Notes under the pieces: generated by a model
Told to the model about the DNA's origin: nothing
Database searches by the model: none
Seen by the model: only the letters and a program-made list of their open reading frames with translations
Position numbers and translations under genes: made by a program
Shown here: positions 13,421 to 24,299 of the stretch, piece by piece
Layout: each line of letters opens with the position of its first letter
How positions within the stretch are numbered: position 1 is the first letter of the stretch
Origin: Azolla caroliniana
Lineage: Eukaryota; Plantae; Polypodiophyta
DNA: 64,000 nt
Assembly (NCBI GenBank): GCA_043228905.1
Contig: JBHGNT010000012.1
Location: forward strand, 3,224,001-3,288,000
Direction: 5' to 3'

Positions 13421-14640
13421 TCCGGTCTCGCGCACCTCAACCTTCTCGGTCGGCTTGTCTGCTCATAAGGCCCATCTCAACTCCTTTGTTGTTGCGACTC
13501 TCCGACGTTTCTTGACCCATCGGGTCCTCCGCGTAGGTGTCGACTTCCGCTGCCTTCTAGTTTGTTTGGCCTTCAGTTCATCTAGCTTCTCCGAATCAAA
13601 CACATCTTCCGAATTGGGTGCCTCAGATTCGTTCGAGGTCTTGTCTAAATTGGCTGTCTCCAATCCGTCCTCAATCTCCAGGCCCTTTACCACATCAGAC
13701 CATGTCCGGTTTTTGGCCTTCTTTTCTAGTCGGCTCTTTCCTTCATGACTCTACCGCCGCTTGTTTTGACTTGTTTGGATGTGCCAACTTCTTCAGTCGA
13801 CTCGGCTTCCATTTTCTTCTTGTCTCCCCCAATTCTCCGGTACCATTACCTGTTTTCTCGGTGCCCGTTCTGGTTTCCTCCTTTCTCCCCCTCAAGTGCA
13901 TCATATCGAGATGCTGAATACCAAGTATCTCGAAAAAATGCTGCAACTTGTCGGTTCCAAGGGCCTTGGTGAAGATGTCAGCAACCTCTCGATCCATTCG
14001 GACATACTGGAGTTTGACTTCACCGCTGAGGACTTGCTCGCACACAATGTGATAATGTACTTCTATGTGCTTCGCTCGAGCATGGAGCACGGGGTTCTTG
14101 GTGAGCTGCATGCTACTCATGTTGTCATAATAGATCAGGATCGGAGTCAGGTACTTCGATCTGGAGGTCTTGCAGCAGCCGCCGAAGCCAAATGGCTTCA
14201 CACGTGGCAATGGTAGCGCCCCGATACTTAGCCTCAGTGTTAGAAAGTGCCATTGTCGGCTAGTTTTAGCTGCTCCATGCAACAACCACGCTACCTAGAG
14301 AAAACATAAATCCGGAAGTGGGCCAACGATCTGATGTGTCACCGGCCTAGTTGACATCTGTATATCCGACTAGCTTTTTAGTTATACTGTGTTGGTATAA
14401 CGGTCCCGTGCCGCAAACATACCTCAGTATGCGGTGCGCGCACTAAAGGTGCTCCACAATCGGCTTCTGCATGAACTGACTTATCACTCCAATTGGATAG
14501 CTACGTTGGGTCAGGTGATCATTAAATATATGAGGCTTCTGAAAATTTGTTAGAAGCGTTGCTCATCGTAGGCCGGTCCGGAGTCAGGAAGAAGCTTTAA
14601 GTTCCGATTCAGGGCTGTGGAGACTGGTCGAACTATCCGT

Positions 14641-15679
14641 TGTCGTGGCGTGGCTCGCCTAGAAGCGTACCGTTGCGTAGACAAAATATATCGTGAAAGT
14701 GAGCAAGGAATCACTGGGATTATGGACGGAAGAGACGAAACAGTAGAGATAAAAGTAAATAGAGATCAACAAGATATGACAAGATGGGATATAGAATGAT
14801 ATTTGAAGGAATGAAATAAACTTATAATTATTTGATGAATGAGTTACAAAATGATTGCGAGCATCGTTGATCCTTCGAGCTTTGTCTCACAAGGTAATCG
14901 CTCTTCTCTTTCTTGATGGTAGACTATAGTCTACCCTTCAATCTCTCGACAAGTATAAGACTCAAACTGCCGCCCTTTTGTTGCGAGTTGAGGACCACCA
15001 CCACCAAGCTAGTTCTTCTTTTCTCTTTTAAGAATACCTTTCTCTCTCTCTTTCCTATTACAATATATCTTTCTCTAGATCCAATATAATCATTTCCATC
15101 TTATTTCTTGGTTTCTTTTTTCTATACTTCCTTCTCCTTTTATAGGGAAAAGATGGTTCTACATGTGGGCCATGTGGCACACATGCAGAGAGGCTCAAAG
15201 AGTGTGCTATATGGTGCACATGTAGCACGTTTGATGGTTTAAACCATATAATACTACTTCAAATGAAAAGAAGACACATATTTATACACATTATAAGTAT
15301 AGGCTAAATGGTAAGGTTTGAACGCCATAAGGTTGAGGTTGGTGGTTCAACTCTTCCTTTGCCCATGTAATTTGCTATATGGTTGTGCATGTATTACATT
15401 ACATGGTTTAGACTATAAAATACTACTTCAAATCATATATTATTTTGTAAATTATTAGTATAGACCAAATGGTAACCTTTGAGTGTCATAAGGTAGGGTT
15501 TAACTTAGTTCAAGTCCTCTCTTGTCCATGTAATATAATAGATATATATATTTTTGTCTTTACATATAATGTATAATATTATCATAGTATGTTATTAACA
15601 TTATAAAGGTTTATTTTATTTTCATTACGTACTTATCTTATTGTAGACTTTTAATGTGAAGCTTTCGTACTTCACAACA
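14641..15679 (-). mobile_element. Gypsy solo LTR (1039 bp) inserted in Copia A RT
   Basis: TGTCGTG...CACAACA termini; flanks CCGT/CTGT; host RT is collinear across it; TATA on minus at ~15140. Confidence 0.85.
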
Positions 15680-18600
15680 CTGTCATGCCGAACTTGTAGA
15701 GCATATTCAACACATAGTGTTGTTATGAGAGTAATATGCCGTCGGGGGTGCGGATCACTTCGATCCCAAGGAAGTAATGAAGGTCCCCCAGGTCATTCAT
15801 TTTGAATGCATTTGACAGTTGGAACTTCACTCGACCGATTTCAACAAGTCCAGGTTCGATGATGACTAAATCATCCACGTATAACAAGATACATACCGGA
15901 CCGTCTGGACCTTTACGGATGAACAACGACGAGTTAGATTTCGAGGCGGCAAACCCCATCTTACACAACCTATGCACGATCTTCAAATTCCAACCTCGGG
16001 GGGCTTGCTTCAAGCCATAAAGTGTCTTCTTCGGTCAACTCTCTTTCGACTTGCTCATTTCTGATTGAAAACCGGGGGGCTGGATCATGTAGACCTATTC
16101 TTCAAGATCACCTTGAAGAAACACATTCTTCACGTCCATTTGGTGAAGATTCCACCCCGTTGCCGCAGCAATTGCCATCACCACATGAACCGTCGTCATC
16201 TTCGCTACCAGAGTGAAGGTCTCGTCGTGGTCGATTCTGTGGGTATGCGCATACCCTTTGGCCACTAGTCGGGCCTTGTACCGGTTGACCAAACCATCAT
16301 GATTATACTTTACCTTGTACACCCAGTTGCAACCGATCGGTTTACAGTGTTGAGGGTCAACCAGGTTCCATGTGTCATTGGCATCAAGTGCCCGCATCTC
16401 TTCCTTCATAGCAACACACCATTGTGCATCCTTTGCCGCTTCGGCGTAGCTCTCCGGCTCACGCACTTCCGCCACTTTCTTCATGTACGCATAATGATGC
16501 ACCATATGGTCGTTATATCTGTAACAAATGACGGGGTGCTTTTGGTGGGTGGAACGCTGCAACTTCTAGTTCGCAGATTTTGTGGTCCTCTAGGCCAACT
16601 CAGACTTCTCTTCCAAAGATCCGTTTGTGTTCTTTCCGGAGTCGGATTCGGTCTGATCCAACTCATCTCTGCCGGTATTGTATTCCAACATTTTCTTCTT
16701 CCCTTTTTCCTTATGTGTGAACCATGTCCTCGGTTCCTTTCATGGGGAGAGCATGACCGAGTCTTCGTTGCTCGCCGACTCATTGTCTTGCCGGTCCTTC
16801 CGACTCAGCTTTTCATTCAGCCCACTCAGCTGAAATGACATTGGATTCTCATCTAGAGTACTGAATACTTCTTCATCTTTTTCCTCGATCGTTTCGGGCT
16901 CATTGGCCTCATCTTCCGGAATCGGGTCAGAGTCGGGGGTCGGAATCGGTAAAGAGTACCATCATGCCAACTCGTCAAATTCGACATCTCGGCTAACTCG
17001 AACTGTCTTTGTCCGGGGGTTCTAGCAGTTATATCCCTTTTGCTCATGTGAGTAGCCGACTAGTATGCACTTCTCCGACTTTAGATCCAACTTTCTCCAT
17101 TTCTCATCCGGCACATGCACATATGCAATGTTGCCAAATATCCTGAAGTGCCTTAAATTCGGCTTCCGCTCGAAATACAGCTCGTGTGTTGACACATTAT
17201 CCGCGATCCGGTTTTGTATGTAGACGGCCGTCCGAACCAGTTTGGCCCAGTAGAACATGGACATGCTCTTCTCTTCCACCATCGCCTGTGCTACCTCCAC
17301 AATTGACCGATTCTTCCTTTCGGCCACACCGTTTTGTTCCGGTGTGTATCTGCAACTGAATTCTCGCCTAATTCCCTTCTGTTTTCAAATAACTATTGAA
17401 TTGGCCAGAAATTCTTTTCCCCATTGGATGGTAAGCACTTGATCTTTCTCTCTGTTTCCCATTTGACAAGATTTTGTACGTTCCGGAAAACGTTGAAAAC
17501 TTCTTTTTTATTCTCGATGAGATGGATCCATGTGTGCCGACTGTAGTCGTCGATCAAGGAGATGAAATATCGGCTTCTGCCTAGACTAACGTTTTGTGCC
17601 GGTTCGCATACATCCGAATATATCAAGTCAAGCATGTTATGGCTCCGATTTCATTCGGTGGGGAACAAAACATGGTGTTGCTTCCCGAGTTGGAAGGCTG
17701 CACAAATTTGGGACTTCCGACGACTATATTTTGGCAATCCGAAAACTACATGTTTTGATTGCAGGTCTTGAAGCTGTTGATAGTTGACGTGGCCGATCCG
17801 CTTGTGCCACATGTAGATATCTGACTCCACATTCTGTCTGTTTGCGAACAAGGCGATGCCTACATCATTGGTGTCGAGGATGAACATCGTCCCGTCCCGA
17901 CGCCCTTGCGCGATGATCCGACCCTCTTCCTCAATGACGCACCCGAGATGTGTAAAACGTACCTGCATCCCCTGATTGATGATCTAACCGACCGACACCA
18001 AGTTTTTTGTGATTGTCGAGACGTGAAGCACATTCATAAACTTCCCAGGGAACTTCTCCGACATTCACAATCGGGTGTGGAGTGTCATCTCCGGTTTCGA
18101 CAACTTCTGGTTGCTCCGGTTTTTCCAGAAATGAGAACCACTCTTCGTGGCTCGTCATGTGGTTTGACGCTCAGGAGTCAACGTACCACACTTCGTCCGA
18201 TCCGGAAGTGGTCTTCTTCAGTCACTTCACACGCTTTGTGCTTCATCACGAAGGCTGGTGTCATGATATGGCAAGATTTGAACCCATGACCTTATGTTAC
18301 ATGGGTCGAGCCCTTGCCATTAGTCTAAACATGTTCATGTTCACAAGTGTAAGGCTTGCACATTCCAGTTGTAGATTCTTCTTGAAAATATCCAAATATA
18401 CCCTCTCTACAAAAATTGGATGCACTAGTATCACATGTTCCACAACTTGATTAGAAATTGCAAAATTAAAAAAACATGATACTAGGTCTCCAAGTGGAGA
18501 ACATTTGAAATTCACTTAAGTTTGGTTGGGTTGATATGTTAATGCCATTATAATAAAGTTCAACAATGGCTCAATATCACACTATTGTGTGACATGGCAA

Positions 18601-18719
18601 ACACTCAAATAAAGACTTATATTTTTTTGGTAAGTTTTGTAAGAATATGAGGTGTACTTGTAACCATACTAATAAAATGAGTTATAATTTATACTTTGAC
18701 CCATACTCGTATGTATACA

Positions 18720-19145
18720 ATTATGGACAATGTAAGATAGTGAACTTTAGGATAATGTGATTGAAATAACAAACTTATTAAGGCTTTCAATACTTGTATT
18801 TAAAGTTCATCTAATCTATTCCTTAGGTGATTTGCATGGGATCGAACTCCGAAGGATAACACTAGTGGGACAATGTAAGATAGTGAATGTTAGGATAATG
18901 TGATTGAAACAACAAACCTATTAAGGTTTTCAATACTTGTATTTAATGTTGATCTAATCTATTCCTTAGGTGATTCCAATGGGATCATACTCCGAAGTTG
19001 TAACTACAAGCATATAAAACATGTGGATATTGATGAGAGGTGCGATCCAATTCCGTAGGTGATTCACATGGGATTAAACTCTGAAGGATAACGCTAGTGG
19101 AACTACAAGCGTATAAAACATGCGGATATTGCTGAGAGGCGCGCT
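18720..19145. repeat. Degenerate direct repeats (~140 bp and ~105 bp units)
   Basis: GGACAATGTAAGATAGTGAA...CTAATCTATTCCTTAGGTGATT occurs twice; TAGGTGATT..ATGGGAT...CTC.GAAG occurs three times. Confidence 0.7.
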
Positions 19146-19596
19146 CCAAGGTTGTGCAACTAATGGGAAAACGTGGCATTGAACATTATCAACACAATAC
19201 ACAATGTCAGCAGCAATGGAAGACAAACATAATAGTTTGATAATTATAAAAACAAATAGCGTGCGGAAGCAATAGAAAATAGAAAATAGAAAACAGAGAA
19301 CAGGTTTAATGGAGAGCTTAATGGTACGCGGGAGAGACAGAGAGAGCAGAAAGAGAATCACTATTCAAAAAATTATATCAACACTCTATACATAGTATGT
19401 GTTCAGCTAACACTTTTATACAAGTCCATACGGACTGATAGAAGTACGGTGTACTTCAATGCTCACTCGAGCGTCTGACACTAACTACGAGAGTATTAAC
19501 TCCCTAGTAGTCTAGCTGCTACTAGGCTTCCGGTTACTGATGGATCCGGCTAACCGGCTCCCCAACTCACCGACTCTTTGCTCACCAGGTGCTCAC

Positions 19597-19844
19597 TGTC
19601 AGGAACAGTACTAAGATAGAGAAGAAATTAGTACTAAAAGAAGTATTAGTACTAAGAGAGGTGAAGAACTCTCGAGAGAAGGAAAGAGTGAGTGAGAGGG
19701 AGGGAGAGAGAGATCGAGAGAGAGAGAGAGAGTGATGATAAGAAAAGATATATATTATGTGAGGAAAATGTACAATAGCTAGGAGGCTTAAGACTGGCGT
19801 TGAACCGATTTGGTTCGAAATAATGCCTTGTGCCTCCTTTTACA
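19597..19844. repeat. 248-bp TG...CA LTR-like insert within the 3' LTR of Copia B
   Basis: Absent from the 5' LTR; TGTCAGG...TTTTACA ends; GA-rich tract. Confidence 0.6.
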
Positions 19845-20951
19845 TTGCCGCTCAACAGTCCCCCTCAAGCTCAACTTGAGGTCCAGTCGTAGTGTCAACG
19901 TTTGTGGCAACCGGTCCTTCTGCCCGGCTCCTTCTGGTGTCACTCCGCCTTGCTCGCGCTCCTCGTCCAGTCTAGTTCTGTTTGCCGTGACCCCTCTTGT
20001 TCTGCGCACCTCGACCTCCTCGGTCGGGTTGTTTGCTCAGTAGGCCCAATTCAGCTCCCTCGCTGTTGTGACTTCGGCGCTGTCGGGGTTGCTACGCCCT
20101 TGCGTGCAGAAAGGAGGAGGGACCACGGGGGTCTTGGACCGAAGAGCAAGAGAGAGCGGAGTAAGAGAGAGACCCGATTACACAGAACCGAAGATTGCAC
20201 AGGGACACGACCCAACAAACGGAGATCACAAACAAACGCCGACGCAGATGGACGCAACAACGAAAGATATGTACTTATGAATGCAAGAAAATAACAGACC
20301 AAAGTATTACAACCCACGGTGGGGCACGGAATAGATACTAACGAAAATGAACGGGGCGGCGAACAGATGCCGACCCCTGTATGTTGCGACGCACAGAAAG
20401 GGAAAACAGGTCGGAGGTGCTGCAGGACGCACTCGGGCGTTCCACGGAACAGCGCAAGCCTCCTCGAAACCTGCACAGGTACGCGATGGAGCAGAAGACA
20501 GAGAAAGCAGGAGTGAGGGAGGAGCTCCGAAATCGGTTCGGCAGCACTTCGTCCTCTCCCCGCGAGATCCCCTCTTCTATTCTTCCTCTTCCTTTTTATA
20601 TCCCGTCAAGAGGCCGTTTGGCATTAACTGCATACCAACCGAATCTACCCACCTAGGATCCTCGTATGTACTTCTTGGCGCGCGTGTGTGTAGAGCCGTT
20701 TCCCACGCCTTGTTCCTCCGATTCCTCTTGTGGGCGGTTTTCTTCACGACATCCGCCCCCACCTAACCGCGCATCCACCGGTATGCGCCAAATTAAGTTG
20801 GCACGGAGAAAACCGGCCCGCCTTTACTCTTCGCCTGCCGGCCCTTCCTCGGCCTCGGATCGGTCGTCGCTGCTGTCCAGGAGAATCGGGTCGGGTTCGT
20901 CGTCGTGCCGCTTCTTGAAAGCTTTGATCCTCTTCCCGGCCACGGGTATCG

Positions 20952-23900
20952 CTATTCTCGTACCGTCGAGTTCCGCCAGATGATACGTCCCGTTGTCGTT
21001 GGCGCTCTGTACCGTGTACGGCCCGAACCATCTCTGTGCGAACTTCCGCGTTGCTCGGTGCTGGTTGTCGAGGCTGCTGTCGTAGACGAGCACCCAGTCA
21101 CCTTCGTCGATTTTCTTCGGTCGAACCGGGCTTTGTTCTTTGTCCTCGCCACCCGGAGCTTCTCCGTAGCCAGTGCCACGTCCTCCGGTCTCCGCTCGAG
21201 CTGTCGTATACGCGCGGCCAACAACTCCTCCCGGCTCATCTCGTCTCTCCAGTCGACCGTTGCCCACGAGGAGATCGTCCATTCAATCGGCATGATCGGC
21301 TTCTGGCCGAACATGAGCTCTGTCGGCATGTACCCGGTTACCGAACTGTGCGTGGTCCGGTCTGCCCACAAAGCATAAGGTAGGAGCCGCGGCCAGTCAC
21401 CGATTCGGCCTCCGCATGCCCGAACCAACGCCTTGACGATCGGTCCGTGTCCGCGCTCCACCTTTCCATTCGCCTCCGGATTGTACGCAGTGGTGAGTGA
21501 GAGCTTGACCCCCAGCCGGTCGAACAGCTCCGCGGCTTCTTCGGCGTCCAACTCCCCTCGGTCAGCCACGATCTTCCCGACGCACCCGTACCGGCATATC
21601 ACGTCCTCGATTAGGAACCGACACACGGCCGCGGTCGTCTTGTTCTGAAGGGCTCGGCCTTCCACCTGGTTCGTCAGGTCTTCCCGCGCTAGGACCAGAT
21701 ACCGCATCTGTCCTACCCCCATCGGCATCGTCACCAGATCTACCATCCATTTGAAGTGGATAGTCGGAGGGTACGTAGGGCGAAGCCCGTCCCGGTGTCG
21801 GACTATCGAGTGCATCTGACAACTCTCGCAAGTTGACACGAACCGATGCACGTCCCGGTACAATCCCGGCCACCAGTACTTCCCCTTCAGCTTCTCAAAT
21901 GTCGCCCACGTTCCACGGTGTCCAGCCCAAGGGCTGTCGTGGTGGGCCGCCAGTAGCTCCTCCTGTTCTTCCTTCATTGCCACCACCCGGAGCGGGACGC
22001 CGTTCCTCTTCTTCGGGTGCTTCCACAAATGCCCATCTCGGAGAAAGAATCGGTATGCTTTCTTCCGGATCCGGTTGGCCTCGTCCTTCGTCCATGACGC
22101 ATCGGGCGTCATTGCCTTCAAAAACCCGCCGATCTGCAGCCACTCCCCGTCGTACTTGCTCGCGTCGAACTCGTTAAGCGCCGGAGTGCTCATCCCGTCG
22201 GTCGTTATGTATGCCGCCTCGAAGAAATCCACGCCGACTTCTTCGTCTTCCGAAACCATGCCGCCCTCGTCGTCGAACCTCGCCCTCGAAAGCATGTCGG
22301 CCATGGCGTTGTCTTTCCCGGAAATGTGTCGTATTTCCGGGTCCAGGGACTTGATGTACGCTATCCACCTGAGCATCGCCAGGTCCGGAGTCGCGCATCC
22401 GGAAACCATACCGAGAATCGGCAGGCAATCCGTCTCGATGATCACTTCTGTCCCTATCAGGTAATCTTTGTCGGCCTTAACCGCCGAAACAATACCCCAG
22501 AGTTCGCGTTTAACCTGGGCGTATCCTCGCTGCCGTTCACTGAGGACTTTCGCGCCGAATCGGATCGGAAACCGATTGCCGTCCTCGTCTTCCTGGTTCA
22601 CGACCCATCCGATCCCGGTCGGACTGGTATCCACCGTTATGAATACCGGGGTACCCTTCCCGTATACCGCCTTCCGGAGTGCCGGTGCCGCTGCAAGGGC
22701 CTCTTTCAGCTTCCGGACCGATTCCGCGTGCACGTCCAGCCATTCGAACCTTCGCCCCTTTTTCAGCAACCCGTACAGTGGCTCCGCGACGTGTGCGTAA
22801 TGCGGGATCCATATGTGGTAGAACGCGCATGCCCCCAGGAATCTCCGTACTTCCGTGACCGAGCTGCAGTCGGGCTTCATCGCGGAGATGGCTTCTACCT
22901 TTGCCGGAGACGGTTTCCGGCCATATGGTCCGCACAGGTGTCCGACCACCATGATTTCTGACTGCCCGAAGGCCGACTTCTCCCCGGAGAAGGTGAGTCT
23001 CGCATCCTCTAGCCTTTGCAGCACCTTCTCGCAGTCGTCGATGTGCGTCGCCACGAATCGCCGGCATCCGTCTGGCCCGATCGTCTCGTCCCTTTCTTCC
23101 ACCGGGCATCCTTTGATCGGAATGTCGTCCAGAAACGGCATGGTGATGTCCGGGATACAGTCCCTCAGAACCTTGTTCATCGCATTCACCATGTGGGCCA
23201 CCGAGTTGGTCCCTCCTTGCGGCAGTGTACACATCCGAACTAGGCCGAGGGGAGTTCGCATCGTCGTAATGTCTCTGCTCTCCACGGCTAGCTGGAACTG
23301 GTCGTACCCTGAGTATAGATCCCCGACCGAGTAAATTGACCTTCCGGCGAAGGCCTCCGCGAACTCGTCTATGGTCGGTCCGATCCCTGCGTTCCGAATG
23401 GTCACTCGATTGACCGGCTGCAGGTCCTGGATGAAGCGCAACGAACCGTTTTTCTTCGGTACGGTAAACCATCGATTCGAATATGGGGCGCTCGACGGCT
23501 CGAGAATTCCCATATCAACTTTCTGCCTCAGCAGCTCCATCAACTTCGGGATGTGAGCTCTCGGAACCGGGATTGGCTTGAGATTCCATGGTACATGCGG
23601 CACCGTGAATATCACCATTGGCTCCACGATCGTCGGGTCAACGCACCCGATTTCCTCCGGCGAGAATGCGAAGGCTTTCCCGTGCCTTCCGAGCATTCTC
23701 CGAAACCGGTCTTCCTCCGCCGGCAGTAGGAACCCGCCCCCACCTATTTTGAGCTCTCGGAGCGTCTCGTCGGTGAAGGTGTGCCCTATGCAGGCCGGAT
23801 CTCGTAGACTAGGGTCCGATGCAACCCCTTTGATTCTCGACGCGCTGTCCTCCGGTAAGGGTGCCGCGACTGGCCTTACCTTCCGGTCCACAGTCTTGTA

Positions 23901-24299
23901 CTTGGTGCTTACGCGGGCCGTCCGAACTGACTCGAGTCCTCGACCGAAGTCCGCGATGACTCCGTACATCTCCTCGGAACACACCGGTATCGTCCGGTCT
24001 TCGTTAAGGCCTTCTTCGACCACCTTTCCCAGCGCCCCCAAGGTGTCGTCGAATGAGACCGCCTCCACGGCTCCGCTGATTTCCTCGTCAGGGCCGAGAA
24101 CTCCGCACGCTCGAAGTCTCCCCTCCGCCTTTGTCTTCTCTCGGCCGCCGATGCCGACTATCGTACACGCTCCGCTGTCGGAGAAGCAAAATACCCTACC
24201 TGTCGTACACGGTTTTATCGTACAAATGTGGGGTTTTCCCGGAGCATCCGGACTGTCGCGGCCCCACGCCTTGGCAGTCCTCTCTAAAAATCCTCTCGG
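20952..24299 (-). CDS. pol: Pol (RT, RNase H, integrase); -1 frame relative to gag; integrase C-terminus frameshifted
   Basis: FLDDIPI (RT), VDTSPTGIG (RH), HHCC + DDE integrase. Frame is open back to 24299; the WFGPY tail lies in another frame (ORF 20824-21282). Confidence 0.92.
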   Translation of the reverse strand, partial: PRGFLERTAKAWGRDSPDAPGKPHICTIKPCTTGRVFCFSDSGACTIVGIGGREKTKAEGRLRACGVLGPDEEISGAVEAVSFDDTLGALGKVVEEGLNEDRTIPVCSEEMYGVIADFGRGLESVRTARVSTKYKTVDRKVRPVAAPLPEDSASRIKGVASDPSLRDPACIGHTFTDETLRELKIGGGGFLLPAEEDRFRRMLGRHGKAFAFSPEEIGCVDPTIVEPMVIFTVPHVPWNLKPIPVPRAHIPKLMELLRQKVDMGILEPSSAPYSNRWFTVPKKNGSLRFIQDLQPVNRVTIRNAGIGPTIDEFAEAFAGRSIYSVGDLYSGYDQFQLAVESRDITTMRTPLGLVRMCTLPQGGTNSVAHMVNAMNKVLRDCIPDITMPFLDDIPIKGCPVEERDETIGPDGCRRFVATHIDDCEKVLQRLEDARLTFSGEKSAFGQSEIMVVGHLCGPYGRKPSPAKVEAISAMKPDCSSVTEVRRFLGACAFYHIWIPHYAHVAEPLYGLLKKGRRFEWLDVHAESVRKLKEALAAAPALRKAVYGKGTPVFITVDTSPTGIGWVVNQEDEDGNRFPIRFGAKVLSERQRGYAQVKRELWGIVSAVKADKDYLIGTEVIIETDCLPILGMVSGCATPDLAMLRWIAYIKSLDPEIRHISGKDNAMADMLSRARFDDEGGMVSEDEEVGVDFFEAAYITTDGMSTPALNEFDASKYDGEWLQIGGFLKAMTPDASWTKDEANRIRKKAYRFFLRDGHLWKHPKKRNGVPLRVVAMKEEQEELLAAHHDSPWAGHRGTWATFEKLKGKYWWPGLYRDVHRFVSTCESCQMHSIVRHRDGLRPTYPPTIHFKWMVDLVTMPMGVGQMRYLVLAREDLTNQVEGRALQNKTTAAVCRFLIEDVICRYGCVGKIVADRGELDAEEAAELFDRLGVKLSLTTAYNPEANGKVERGHGPIVKALVRACGGRIGDWPRLLPYALWADRTTHSSVTGYMPTELMFGQKPIMPIEWTISSWATVDWRDEMSREELLAARIRQLERRPEDVALATEKLRVARTKNKARFDRRKSTKVTGCSSTTAASTTSTEQRGSSHRDGSGRTRYRAPTTTGRIIWRNSTVRE

